Positions 20,561-29,787 of a stretch of DNA of 64,000 bases are shown one piece after another. Source of the stretch: a virus. How positions within the stretch are numbered: the first letter of the stretch is position 1; every line of letters begins with the position of its first letter. The stretch covers positions 1 through 64,000 of IMG/VR virus record IMGVR_UViG_3300021090_000013. One strand, given 5' to 3'. Below the pieces are notes generated by a model, which did not search any database, was not told the origin of the DNA, and saw nothing but the letters and a program-made list of their open reading frames with translations. A program made the translations under genes and the position numbers.

Positions 20561-21079
20561 GTGAAGCTCCAGCTCACCGCCATCGAGTTAGACACCTCGA
20601 TTCAATGTCGAGCCGCTATCGACATCGCCGTCGTGAACGAGTACGCGGAGCGCATGGAGCACGGTGACGTCTTCATGCCCATCGACGTGTACGGATCGAA
20701 AACGAAGTGCTGGCTGGCTGATGGCTGGCACCGCGTCCTCGCGGTGAGGCAGAACGGGGGCGAGTCCATCGATGGGCAGCTCCATCCAGGAGGTCGCGTC
20801 GACGCGCTGAAGCACGCCCTCGGGGCGAACGCGCTGCACGGTCACCGACGCACCAACGAAGACAAGAGACGGTGCGTCGAGATCGCGCTCCGGGAGTTCC
20901 CGAAGCTGAGCAGCCGGGCGGTGGCCACCATGTGCGGAGTGGGTCACGAGATGGTTGATGCGGCAAGGCCATTGGCGGAAACCGCCAATGCCACCCGCAC
21001 CACGACGGATGGACGCCAGTACCCGGCCAGCAGGAGGGTCGTCCCCACCAGGGCCACGTCAGTCCAGCAGGGCCTGTAA
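20561..21079 (+). CDS. ParB/Srx-like N-terminal domain protein
   Basis: IQCRAAID...VNEYAERM, WLADGWHRVLA, AN..HG...T..DKRR motifs. Confidence 0.8.
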   Translation: MKLQLTAIELDTSIQCRAAIDIAVVNEYAERMEHGDVFMPIDVYGSKTKCWLADGWHRVLAVRQNGGESIDGQLHPGGRVDALKHALGANALHGHRRTNEDKRRCVEIALREFPKLSSRAVATMCGVGHEMVDAARPLAETANATRTTTDGRQYPASRRVVPTRATSVQQGL

Positions 21080-21391
21080 GTGAGCGAGCCATTGCGCGCC
21101 AAACTCCACGCCGCCGCGGACGCGATCGCCGCCGCGGTCGAGGACGAGCTCGCCGCGCACCCGAGTGGGGAGCGCCTGCTCACCCTCGCGCAGACAGCCG
21201 AGCGCCTCGGCCGCCACGAGTCGACCGTGAGGCGCGGGCTGCGGGACGGCACGCTGGACCTGCCGGTGGTGCTGCTCGACGGCGACCCGCGGGTGAGGCA
21301 GGCGGACCTCGACGTGTTCATTCGCGGGCTGGCCTACCGGCGGAGGCTGCAAGAGGCGGTAGGCGCGGTTTGCGCAAGGAGGACAGCGTGA
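21080..21391 (+). CDS. excisionase-like HTH (HTH_17) DNA-binding protein
   Basis: LLTLAQTAERLGRHESTVRR. Confidence 0.75.
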   Translation: MSEPLRAKLHAAADAIAAAVEDELAAHPSGERLLTLAQTAERLGRHESTVRRGLRDGTLDLPVVLLDGDPRVRQADLDVFIRGLAYRRRLQEAVGAVCARRTA

Positions 21392-21972
21392 TCGAGTTCG
21401 CGGAGTTCCCCAAGATCGCAAGACTCAGCCGGCAATGTGTCATCACCGAGAAGATCGACGGCACCAATGCCTCGGTCTACGTGCCCGAAGACGCCGGGCC
21501 GCTCCTGTTTGGCTCGCGTACCCGGTGGATCACGCCCGAGACCGACAACTACGGTTTCGCGCGGTGGGCCACGGCGCGCGCGGAGGAACTGCGGCAGCTT
21601 GGGCCCGGGCACCACTTCGGAGAGTGGTGGGGCTCTGGCTGCCAGCGTGGCTATGGGCTGTCGAAAGGTGAGAAGCGGTTCTCTCTGCTCAACACCGGCC
21701 GCTGGCTCGACGCACACCACGGAGACGATCCGGCGTTCTTGGCCGGGAAGCAGCGGTACGCCCCGTTGTGCTGCCACGTCGTGCCCGTGCTCTTCGCCGG
21801 CATCTTCCACTCCGACGAGGTGACCAGGTACCTCAACCTTCTGCGTGAGTCGGGCTCGCGCGCCGCGCCCGGTTTCATGCAGCCCGAGGGCGTGGTGATC
21901 TGGCACGAGGGCGCGCGGATCTATTTCAAGAAGACGCTGGAGAAGGATGAACAGCCGAAGGGGACAGCGTGA
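21388..21972 (+). CDS. RNA ligase family nucleotidyltransferase
   Basis: FPKIARL, ITEKIDGTNA (KxDG), GEWWG, PEGVVI motifs. Confidence 0.85.
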   Translation: MIEFAEFPKIARLSRQCVITEKIDGTNASVYVPEDAGPLLFGSRTRWITPETDNYGFARWATARAEELRQLGPGHHFGEWWGSGCQRGYGLSKGEKRFSLLNTGRWLDAHHGDDPAFLAGKQRYAPLCCHVVPVLFAGIFHSDEVTRYLNLLRESGSRAAPGFMQPEGVVIWHEGARIYFKKTLEKDEQPKGTA

Positions 21973-22388
21973 GCGACGTCCATCGCCTCGTCTGCGGCTG
22001 CTCGTACATCCGCGTGCCTGGCCAGTACGTGGGCACAGCGGTGCCGACCGTAGACGTGCTGTCCGTGTGCCACGACCACGGGCCGAACAAGACACCAAAG
22101 AGGGGGGGCGTGGGCGCGCCTGCGGCCTCCCGCCCTGAAGCCGTACCCGGCAGCCGGCGCCCGGGAGACGTAGCGCCGGCATTGCAGCACCGGGACACCG
22201 GCGCCGGTGACGCTGAGTCGTGCCCCTGCCCTTCCCGGGGGCTGGGGCCCATCCCCGCCCGGGTTGCGATCCCCGGCTCAACGCCCACCACCACGCTACC
22301 GCAGCACACCACTGCATTCGCCTGGCCCTCCAGCGAGGGGGCCGGGCCCTCCTTGGTGGACGATTACTACGACGCGGGGGGCGCATGA
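21969..22388 (+). CDS. hypothetical protein
   Basis: Overlapping start/stop coupling on both sides; low complexity. Confidence 0.4.
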   Translation: MSDVHRLVCGCSYIRVPGQYVGTAVPTVDVLSVCHDHGPNKTPKRGGVGAPAASRPEAVPGSRRPGDVAPALQHRDTGAGDAESCPCPSRGLGPIPARVAIPGSTPTTTLPQHTTAFAWPSSEGAGPSLVDDYYDAGGA

Positions 22389-23338
22389 GCACCGCCCCCG
22401 CCATCGTCCTGTCGCCCCGGGATCGCTGGCTGGCGGAGCGCCGAACGCTGTTGACCGCGTCCGACTGCGCGGCGGTGCTCGGGGCGGATCCGCACCGGGG
22501 CCCTCTTGCGGTCTACGCCTCCAAGGTCGCGGACGTCGAGACGGAGGAGACGTTGCCCATGCGCCGCGGCCGGCGGTGGGAGACGGTCATCGCGGAGGAG
22601 TACGCCGAGCAGACCGGGCGACAGGTGGCAGACCTCGGCACCTATCTCATTCAGCGGCATCCCGACGTTTCGTGGCTCGGCGCGACGCTCGACCGCGTGA
22701 CATGCGGGAGCGCCCTGATGGCGGCCCCGGTAGGCGATTCGGCGCCGGAGTGTGGTCCTCGCGCGTGCGGGACGCCGCTCCAGATCAAGATGGCGCTCGG
22801 CTCCCCGGCCGCCTGGAAGGATGGCCCGCCCCTCGGGTTCCTCGTGCAGGTGCAGGTCGAGATCGCATGCTACGGCGCAAGCTGGGGCGCCCTGGCTGGC
22901 CTCGTCGGCCCTGGCCCGCTCGACGTGAGCGACCACCCGCGGAACGAGTCGTTCCTCGCCGCGGCGCTGCCGAAGCTTGAGGAGTTCTGGTTCCGCGTGC
23001 AACGCCGCCAGCCGCCGCCGGCTGACGGCCTCCCAGGCACCACGGCGGCGATCAAGAAGCTCTGGAGCGATGAAGACGGGACCACGGTCGCGCTCGACAT
23101 GGAGACGCAGGCGATGGTCCTGTATCTGGAGTTGGCCAGGGACGCGGCGAGGAAGAGCGCGGCGCGCACGGAGGGTATCGAGAACGAGCTGCGGCGCCGG
23201 CTCGGTTCTGCATCGTTCGGCGCCTTGGCGGACGGGTCGTTTCTGACGGCTCGGAAGACGACCCGGAGCGGCTACACGGTCGAGCCGACCACCTACCGGG
23301 CGCTCCGCAGGTGGTGGCCGCGGCTCAAGAGGAGGTAA
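22385..23338 (+). CDS. YqaJ-like viral recombination exonuclease
   Basis: WLAERR..LTASD.AAVLG, G.RWE, GATLDR, QIK, QVQ motifs. Confidence 0.85.
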   Translation: MSTAPAIVLSPRDRWLAERRTLLTASDCAAVLGADPHRGPLAVYASKVADVETEETLPMRRGRRWETVIAEEYAEQTGRQVADLGTYLIQRHPDVSWLGATLDRVTCGSALMAAPVGDSAPECGPRACGTPLQIKMALGSPAAWKDGPPLGFLVQVQVEIACYGASWGALAGLVGPGPLDVSDHPRNESFLAAALPKLEEFWFRVQRRQPPPADGLPGTTAAIKKLWSDEDGTTVALDMETQAMVLYLELARDAARKSAARTEGIENELRRRLGSASFGALADGSFLTARKTTRSGYTVEPTTYRALRRWWPRLKRR

Positions 23339-23342
23339 GGGA

Positions 23343-24479
23343 ATGGCGACAGAGACAGCGATGGCGACGCCGGCGCCTGGGACGATAGCCCGGCAGGAGT
23401 TCTCCGCGCAGCAGCTCGAGGTCTCAGGCGAGACCGCGGGCACGGCGCTTGCGGCCCAGGCCCGGGCGATGGTGGAGGCTCGGTTCATCGTGGCCATGCG
23501 GCGGCCGCGGGACTGGGACGACGTCCGAACCAAGCTCCTCCGCGCCTGCGAGCGCCCCGGGTTCGCCGGATCGGCAGAAGAGAAGACCTGGGGCGCCGCC
23601 TGGTACCGGAAGCCGGTGGGCGAAGGTGTGGAGGGCTTCTCGATCCGCTTCGCCGAAGAAGCCGCCCGGGCGATGGGGAACATCGATATCCAGGTGGTGC
23701 CCGTCTACGACGACGCGACGCGACGGATCATCACCGTCACCGTGCTGGACCTGGAGAGCAACCTCGGCTTCCCGACGTCCATCGCCTTCGAGAAGACGGT
23801 CGAGCGACGATTCCTGAAAAAGGGGGAGACGGCCCTGAGCGTGAGGGTGAACAGCAAGGGCCAGCCGACCTACCTCATGCCGGCGACCGACGACGACATC
23901 GCGGCGAAGCAGGCATCCCTGGCGTCAAAGGCAATCCGCAACGGACTCTTGCGGGTGCTGCCTGGGGACATCGCTGCACAGTGCCGCGCACGCATCCTGG
24001 AGATCCGCAACGGCGCCGCGGCCAAGGACCCCGACAAGGCGCGCCGAGAGATCGCCGACGGGTTCGCGGCACTCAACGTGATCCCGTCGATGCTCAAGGA
24101 TTACCTGGGCCATGAGCTCGCCACGGCGACCCCCGCCGAGCTGACGGACCTGCGCGAGCTGTGGCACGGGCTGAAGGAGGGGAAGACGACCTGGCCCGAG
24201 GTCATGGACGAGGTGCGGGCCGAGCGCGGAGAGGAGGGCGCCCCAAAGGCCGAGCCGAAGCCGGGGCTGGATGGCCTGGCGGAGAAGCTGAAGGCCGAGG
24301 CGCCGGTCCACGCCGCCCCCGAGGAGGTCCCGACCGAGTCCTGCAAGCACCCGACGTGCCCGCCATCGCGGATCGCGGCGCTCGCCCCGGGCCAAACGCT
24401 CGTGTGCCCGTGCGGCGAGGAGTGGACCGCCGAGGCCCCGGCGGCGAGGAAGCCCAAACAGACGCGCCTGGAGGAGTAG
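23343..24479 (+). CDS. putative single-strand annealing/recombination protein
   Basis: Follows YqaJ; RRPRD, YRKPVG, EGFSIRFAEEAARAMGNI; function inferred from synteny. Confidence 0.6.
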   Translation: MATETAMATPAPGTIARQEFSAQQLEVSGETAGTALAAQARAMVEARFIVAMRRPRDWDDVRTKLLRACERPGFAGSAEEKTWGAAWYRKPVGEGVEGFSIRFAEEAARAMGNIDIQVVPVYDDATRRIITVTVLDLESNLGFPTSIAFEKTVERRFLKKGETALSVRVNSKGQPTYLMPATDDDIAAKQASLASKAIRNGLLRVLPGDIAAQCRARILEIRNGAAAKDPDKARREIADGFAALNVIPSMLKDYLGHELATATPAELTDLRELWHGLKEGKTTWPEVMDEVRAERGEEGAPKAEPKPGLDGLAEKLKAEAPVHAAPEEVPTESCKHPTCPPSRIAALAPGQTLVCPCGEEWTAEAPAARKPKQTRLEE

Positions 24480-24482
24480 GGA

Positions 24483-24761
24483 ATGAAGATCGAGCTTGGA
24501 GACATCGCACGCGACCGCCTGACCGGTTTCGAGGGCGTGGTCGTCGCGTCGACGGAGTGGCTCTATGGCTGCCGTCGCCTGACGATTCAGCCGCAGACGT
24601 TGAAGGACGGGAAGCCACTCGACCATTCCACCTTCGACGAGCCTCAGGTCGAGTTGGTCGGGGAGAAGTTCGAGCGCTACGCGGACGAGAACGCCACGGC
24701 CCCGGCCAATAAGGCAGCCACGTCCGGCGGTCCCAGGCCGGAACCGGAGCGCGGTCGGTGA
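24483..24761 (+). CDS. conserved phage hypothetical protein
   Basis: LGDIARDRLTGFEGVVVA..EWLYGC.R..IQP pattern. Confidence 0.7.
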   Translation: MKIELGDIARDRLTGFEGVVVASTEWLYGCRRLTIQPQTLKDGKPLDHSTFDEPQVELVGEKFERYADENATAPANKAATSGGPRPEPERGR

Positions 24762-26308
24762 GCACCAAGAAGGCCGGCCAGCTCCACATAGCGCGCCTAC
24801 GTCTCGCAAACGTCCTCGGGGTCGAGGACTCGGTCATCGACCTGGACACCATCACCGAGCTGGCGGGGGGCAACGCCAGGGGCAAGAGCACCCACCTCTC
24901 GGCGATCCGCGCCTGTCTGGGCATTGATCGGACGTCTCTGGCCCGGCTGGTGCGTCTCGAGGACGGCCAGCCGGTGGAGGGGAAGCCGGAGGTCGAGGTC
25001 CTGCTCGTCGGTGACGACTGCGAGGCCAGGGTCACCCGCAAGGGAGACGGCTCCCCAGAGGTCAAGCTCCGCATCGGGGAGACCTGGACGGTGCCGCCGC
25101 GGCCAGGGGATTGGCTGCGCGACCTCATCGGCTCGGGCGCTAATCCCGCCCGGTGGCTGGCCATGCCCGACGAGGAGAAGGCCACCGAGGTCCTGGCGGC
25201 GATGCGGCTGCCGAACTACAGCCGGGCTGCAGCGCTCTCGGCCGCAAGCCTGCCGGACTTCCGCCTACCGGCCATCCCCGACGGGCTGCACCCCCTGGAG
25301 GACCTCGAGCTGGTGGAAGCGGCCATCTTCTCCTCGCGCACCCAGGTGAACGCCGAGGAGCGCCGCGAGAAGGACGCCGCGACGAAGCTACTGGCTGGCC
25401 TGCCCGCCGCGGCGCCGGCCGACGTCGCCGAAGAGTTGGGCGCCATCGAGGCCAGCGCCCAGGCCATGGCCTCGGAGTTGGCCGCCAAGGAGGTGGCGGT
25501 GCTGGCCGAGGAGCGCCGCGTCAGGCAAGAAACCGAGGCCACGCACGACGCAGGCGCGGAGAAGATCAAGGCCGACTTCAAGGGGAAGTCCGCCAAGCTC
25601 CGGGCAGAGCATCAGGCCCAGGCGGCCGCAATCCGGGCCGAGGCGGAGTGCCGCATCGCCGACCTGGCCGTCGAGACAGAGGGCCAGGTGGGCGTCATGC
25701 GGTCGGCCGACGAGGCCGCCCTCGACGTCATCGGTGCGACCTTTGCCCAAGCCCAGGATTCGGCACGCCTCAACCGAGAAGGGATCGTGGCGACGCTGGC
25801 CAAGAGCGCCGAGTCGCTGGCCCAGGCCCGCGAGCGGATCGCCTCCCTCCGGGAGAGGCACACCAACAACCAGGCGGACAGGAGGCTACGGGAGACCGCG
25901 GCAGAGGCGCAGGCGCAGGCGGCGCGCCACGCCGAGCAGTCCGACAAACTCACGGCCGGATTGAACGGCCTGAAACGGTACCGCCTGGAGCTGGCTTCCG
26001 CCTTGCCAATCTCGGGGCTCGCTGTGAAGTTCGACGAGAAGGGCAAGAAGAGCTTGACGCTCGACGGGGTGCCGCTCTCCCAGATCAATGGTGCGCGGCG
26101 GGCCACCCTGGCGGTGGAGGTCTCGTTGCTCGGAGCCTCCGTGCCCGAGGACGGGAGGCCAAGCCTGCCGCTGGTGCTACTCGACGACGCCGAGAAGCTC
26201 GACGACGAGACCCGCGCCGCGCTCTACCGTGAGGTGGCGTCTCGCGGGTCTCAGATCATCGCGGCCGTGGTGAGCAAGGGGCCGTTCCGGGTGTTGACCC
26301 AAAAATGA
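24758..26308 (+). CDS. SMC/SbcC-like coiled-coil ATPase
   Basis: Walker A GGNARGKS at the N-terminus, long coiled coil, Walker B VLLDDAEKLD at the C-terminus. Confidence 0.8.
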   Translation: MSTKKAGQLHIARLRLANVLGVEDSVIDLDTITELAGGNARGKSTHLSAIRACLGIDRTSLARLVRLEDGQPVEGKPEVEVLLVGDDCEARVTRKGDGSPEVKLRIGETWTVPPRPGDWLRDLIGSGANPARWLAMPDEEKATEVLAAMRLPNYSRAAALSAASLPDFRLPAIPDGLHPLEDLELVEAAIFSSRTQVNAEERREKDAATKLLAGLPAAAPADVAEELGAIEASAQAMASELAAKEVAVLAEERRVRQETEATHDAGAEKIKADFKGKSAKLRAEHQAQAAAIRAEAECRIADLAVETEGQVGVMRSADEAALDVIGATFAQAQDSARLNREGIVATLAKSAESLAQARERIASLRERHTNNQADRRLRETAAEAQAQAARHAEQSDKLTAGLNGLKRYRLELASALPISGLAVKFDEKGKKSLTLDGVPLSQINGARRATLAVEVSLLGASVPEDGRPSLPLVLLDDAEKLDDETRAALYREVASRGSQIIAAVVSKGPFRVLTQK

Positions 26309-26514
26309 CTCGCCGAGATGAGTTCGCGGCCGAGCGCCGCGCGCGACTCCGCGCCCTCCAGACGCGCGCCCCCGAGCCGTTCGACTGGCGCGGGCTGGCC
26401 CGCCTCCTGCGCGACGTGGTGCTGTGGATCGTTGTCGGGGGGCTCGCCGTCCTCGCCTTCGCGTGGGTGCTCGGGGCCGGGTTCGACTGGCTCGAACGGG
26501 TGCTTGGCCAGTGA
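26305..26514 (+). CDS. small membrane protein
   Basis: Single hydrophobic helix; coupled. Confidence 0.6.
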   Translation: MTRRDEFAAERRARLRALQTRAPEPFDWRGLARLLRDVVLWIVVGGLAVLAFAWVLGAGFDWLERVLGQ

Positions 26515-26741
26515 TCTCAGAAACGGTAGGCGTCGGAACGCGATGGACGCCTCGCGTTCACGGGCGCAGACAGGGCTGCAGCGCCGGCCTCCTGACCGAT
26601 GCGACCGGCGAGGGCTGCACCTGCCCCGCCGACTACAAGCTGCTCACCGACCTGGCGCTTACCGGCCAGCCGCTCGATTCGAGAGATCGAGACCGGATCA
26701 AGGACGCAATCCAGTGGGCGCGGGCGGAGGTCGTCGAATGA
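26511..26741 (+). CDS. hypothetical protein
   Basis: GTGA/ATGA coupling on both sides. Confidence 0.5.
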   Translation: MISETVGVGTRWTPRVHGRRQGCSAGLLTDATGEGCTCPADYKLLTDLALTGQPLDSRDRDRIKDAIQWARAEVVE

Positions 26742-27046
26742 CCGTGATCATGGGACCGGAGGGCGTCGGCCCCTGGATCTGCCCTGCTTGCCGGGACGAG
26801 GGCTTGATCCCGCCGCTTCCGGCAGGGACGTGCGCGGAGCGGCTGTGTCTCCGCCATGCGGACGCTGCGGGGGTGGCTCTGCGGCCAGAGTTCATACGCG
26901 ACATGGCAGCGCTGCGGCGACGGCACGCCGCAGTGAAGAGGCGGGCCGTGATGCGCGCTGCTGCGCGTGACGGCCTCGTGGCCATCGTGGCGGGCATCGT
27001 CGGGGGGCTCGTCGCCCTCTCCGGTTTCCTACTGTTGGCGAGGTGA
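26738..27046 (+). CDS. Zn-finger-like protein with C-terminal TM helix
   Basis: CPAC...CLRH; hydrophobic C-terminus. Confidence 0.55.
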   Translation: MTVIMGPEGVGPWICPACRDEGLIPPLPAGTCAERLCLRHADAAGVALRPEFIRDMAALRRRHAAVKRRAVMRAAARDGLVAIVAGIVGGLVALSGFLLLAR

Positions 27047-27229
27047 TTGCTTGTGACCTGGCTGGACAGAAACACGAAGTGGATGTTGCTCGGACTGGCG
27101 ACGGCCCTCCTTGGATCGTACGTCGCCCTGCGGTTCGCGGAACGCGCCGACCATCGCGCGGCGTGCACCGAGGCGCTGCGAAGTTCTACGGTGGGTGATC
27201 TCGCGCGTCACCTCGTGTGCTCCCAATGA
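27047..27229 (+). CDS. small membrane protein
   Basis: GAGGTG RBS; TM helix. Confidence 0.5.
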   Translation: MLVTWLDRNTKWMLLGLATALLGSYVALRFAERADHRAACTEALRSSTVGDLARHLVCSQ

Positions 27230-27459
27230 GGCGCGCAGTAATCGGCTTCGGCCTCGGCCTCGTCTTCGGCGTGCTGCTGGTCCTCGGCCCAGGCGCTCCG
27301 ACCGAATCGCCGTGGCCAGCGCCTACGCCCAGCCCCACGATGGCCGAGACCGAGCAGACGGTGGAGCGGCTCACCTGCGAGGCGCTGGTCCAGTGGGCGG
27401 TGCTGCGCACGCACCTGCGCGACACCTGCAAGCCGCACCCGCCCGAGTGCGTGCCATGA
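27226..27459 (+). CDS. small exported/membrane protein
   Basis: Hydrophobic N-terminus; ATGA coupling. Confidence 0.5.
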   Translation: MRRAVIGFGLGLVFGVLLVLGPGAPTESPWPAPTPSPTMAETEQTVERLTCEALVQWAVLRTHLRDTCKPHPPECVP

Positions 27460-27740
27460 GCGATTCAAAGTACCGCTCCGGCGTGATCCAGGGCATCGCC
27501 CTGAGCCGACACCACGGAGTATTCCCTCCGGAGGTCGCCGGCCTGGGAGCCATGCGCGGCGGACAGCCGTGCGGGCGCTGCGTGTTCTGCCCCAAGGACA
27601 CGCACCTGCAATTCTCGCTGACCTGGGTGACCTACGGCGGCTTCCTCGTTTGTGGCGCGTGCGCTCGGCGCCTGCACGAGAACAAGGCCATCCCTGAGGT
27701 GCAGGCGTTGATCGCCCGGGCCCTGAAGGATCTTACATGA
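27456..27740 (+). CDS. Zn-finger hypothetical protein, paralog A
   Basis: SGVIQGIALSRHHGVFP...CVFCP...TWVTYG...CGAC; paralog of 31529..31807. Confidence 0.75.
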   Translation: MSDSKYRSGVIQGIALSRHHGVFPPEVAGLGAMRGGQPCGRCVFCPKDTHLQFSLTWVTYGGFLVCGACARRLHENKAIPEVQALIARALKDLT

Positions 27741-27895
27741 GCCTACTCGCGCGCATCCTGCGCTGGCTGTACCGCCGCGACTACGTGAGCGAGGTCACGC
27801 GCCGGAGCCTCGACCGAGACATGGAGCAGGACGCAGGCGCCGACGATGACGCGCTGACAGTCGCGCTTTCGCACCCACCAGAGGACGGGCGATGA
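27737..27895 (+). CDS. small hypothetical protein
   Basis: Hand-translated MSLLARILRWLYRRDYVSE...; ATGA overlaps at both ends. Confidence 0.45.
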   Translation: MSLLARILRWLYRRDYVSEVTRRSLDRDMEQDAGADDDALTVALSHPPEDGR

Positions 27896-28934
27896 GGGTG
27901 CTCTCACTCTTCTCGGGGGTGGGTGGTCTCGACCTAGGCCTGGAGTGGGCCGGGATGCAGACGGTCGGGCAGTGCGAGATAGACCCGGCGTGCCGCTTCT
28001 GGCTGGAGCAGCACTGGCCCGGCTTGCAGCGGTGGTCAGACGTGCGAGAGGTGACGGGCGATGCGGTTGAAGCGGCGTGCGGAGCAGTCGAGCTTATGGC
28101 CGGGGGCCCGCCCTGTCAGCCCGCCTCGCTGGCTGGACGACGGCAAGGTAGTGCTGACGTGCGATGGCTCTGGCCTGAGTTCCTCCGCGTTGTACGAGAG
28201 GTTGGCCCCCGTTGGGTCCTGGCAGAGAACCCTCTCGGAATCGCTAGCCTTGAGCCTCACGGGCTCGACTGGGTGTGCCGTGAGCTTGAAGGTGCGGGCT
28301 ACGAAGTCTGGCCGGTCGTTGTTGGTGCCGAGCATGTCGGGGCTCCGCACCGCAGACACCGCGTGTGGATTGTCGGTCGGCTCGGACTGGCCGACACCGT
28401 GGGCGGGGACGGCCGGCGGGAACCGGGGAGGAGGCGGAGGCCGCGTCGGGCCCTACCGTCCGGGATTGGCGGGGATCGCTCGTCTGTGGCCCACGGCACG
28501 AGCGGAGGACAGCGAGTCTGCCGGTGCCCACGTCACGAGGGGGACTGCGGAGACGCTCACGGCTGCGGCGAGGCTCTGGCCGACAAAGGAGAGACCGTTT
28601 CAGAACGGCAAGAAGCAACCGCTCTTTGCCATGGTGCGGGCCGCTGGCCTGCTCGACCAGGAGAACCACAGCACGAGTGGGAAGCCCCACGCCTGGCCCA
28701 CAGCGCGCGCAGAGCGACGCGGAGCACCGGACAGCCACGGGAAGGCACCGATCAGAGGCAGTCTCTCTCCGGCGTGGGTCAGTCAGCTGATGGGGTTGCC
28801 GACTACGTGGCTGGCCGCATCGCCTCCCGTCACCGGAGGGAAGCGCTAAAGGCGTTAGGTAATGCGGTCGTCCCCGCCTGCGCCCAGGTACTCGGGCGCG
28901 CCATCATCGTGTGCGAATCCCACCCACCAGAGGA
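27872..28934 (+). repeat. 14-bp direct repeat CACCCACCAGAGGA bounding the methyltransferase (27872-27885; 28921-28934)
   Basis: Exact match read from the sequence. Confidence 0.8.
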
Positions 28935-28938
28935 GTGA
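27892..28938 (+). CDS. DNA cytosine-C5 methyltransferase
   Basis: Motif I LFSGVGG, IV GGPPCQ, VI ENP, VIII HRRHRVWIVG, X ALGNAVVP. Confidence 0.92.
   Translation: MRVLSLFSGVGGLDLGLEWAGMQTVGQCEIDPACRFWLEQHWPGLQRWSDVREVTGDAVEAACGAVELMAGGPPCQPASLAGRRQGSADVRWLWPEFLRVVREVGPRWVLAENPLGIASLEPHGLDWVCRELEGAGYEVWPVVVGAEHVGAPHRRHRVWIVGRLGLADTVGGDGRREPGRRRRPRRALPSGIGGDRSSVAHGTSGGQRVCRCPRHEGDCGDAHGCGEALADKGETVSERQEATALCHGAGRWPARPGEPQHEWEAPRLAHSARRATRSTGQPREGTDQRQSLSGVGQSADGVADYVAGRIASRHRREALKALGNAVVPACAQVLGRAIIVCESHPPEE
28061..28849 (+). CDS. nested alternative-frame ORF, putative MTase beta-like polypeptide
   Basis: +1 frame; WPT repeats and LSPAWVSQLMGLPTTW motif; true start uncertain. Confidence 0.55.
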   Translation: MRLKRRAEQSSLWPGARPVSPPRWLDDGKVVLTCDGSGLSSSALYERLAPVGSWQRTLSESLALSLTGSTGCAVSLKVRATKSGRSLLVPSMSGLRTADTACGLSVGSDWPTPWAGTAGGNRGGGGGRVGPYRPGLAGIARLWPTARAEDSESAGAHVTRGTAETLTAAARLWPTKERPFQNGKKQPLFAMVRAAGLLDQENHSTSGKPHAWPTARAERRGAPDSHGKAPIRGSLSPAWVSQLMGLPTTWLAASPPVTGGKR

Positions 28939-28942
28939 GCAT

Positions 28943-29410
28943 GTGATCATCGACATGTCCAATTGGCTTAAGGCTGAGCGCGAGCCTCCCACAGCCGAGG
29001 GGGCCGAGGCCGAGCATGAGGGATCTGCGCCCCTGCGCGCCGCCTTGGAAAAGCAGGCATTCCCGGGCTGTCGTCATCTTCAGATGACCATCGACGATAA
29101 ACAGCGGACGGTGAAGTGTACCGATTGCAAGATGTGGCTAGATCCGGTTTGGTGCTTGCGTGAGCTGTTTCGATACTATGAGACGCGAGTGGACCAACGA
29201 CTAACGACGCTCAAGGAATTGGAGGACCGATACAACAAGCGCCAGGCGCGCTCCAAGGAAAGGAAGGCCAAGACGAGAGAACAAAGGGCCGCGACCATGG
29301 CGGAGGAGCTGAAGCGAGCCGCCTACAACGAATACCGGGCGAAGGTTCTCGCGGCTACGGCTCTCCGGCAACGTCTCCGGGCCGACAAGATCGAGGCGGA
29401 ACTCTCATGA
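28943..29410 (+). CDS. Zn-ribbon hypothetical protein
   Basis: CRH...VKCTDC; coiled-coil tail; lower GC. Confidence 0.6.
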   Translation: MIIDMSNWLKAEREPPTAEGAEAEHEGSAPLRAALEKQAFPGCRHLQMTIDDKQRTVKCTDCKMWLDPVWCLRELFRYYETRVDQRLTTLKELEDRYNKRQARSKERKAKTREQRAATMAEELKRAAYNEYRAKVLAATALRQRLRADKIEAELS

Positions 29411-29787
29411 GGACCATGCGCCTTGAGCCGCCGACTGGAACCGGAACCTGCGGATACGAGGCGTACCGCGGCAGATTGTACATCGTGCTCGTGCGGAATG
29501 GCGAGCGGCTGACGTGCGAGATACCGCTAGGCGAGATGGCGAGCCTCTGCCAGCTCAGCGCGAAGGTGCTTGACGCAGCACGGGCCAGGTGGGAGGCGGC
29601 GAACCTCACGAAGCCTGAGCGCCGGGAGCGCTCGGCTGCGACCAAGGAGAAGGACAAGCTGCGCGACCGCGAGCACAAGCGGGCCAAGCGCCACGGGGTG
29701 CGCGGCGCTCCGGTCGAGCCTCCCGAGGAGGCGGCTGTGCTGGTCACCGCAGCGCCAAAGCTTGCGCACCCGGAGGTCCGACCGTGA
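29407..29787 (+). CDS. hypothetical protein
   Basis: Coupled on both sides. Confidence 0.5.
   Translation: MRTMRLEPPTGTGTCGYEAYRGRLYIVLVRNGERLTCEIPLGEMASLCQLSAKVLDAARARWEAANLTKPERRERSAATKEKDKLRDREHKRAKRHGVRGAPVEPPEEAAVLVTAAPKLAHPEVRP

Noticed and set aside
19357-21391. Integrase/attP lysogeny module
   Set aside because: An excisionase-like HTH is present, but no tyrosine or serine recombinase motifs or tRNA-like att core were found
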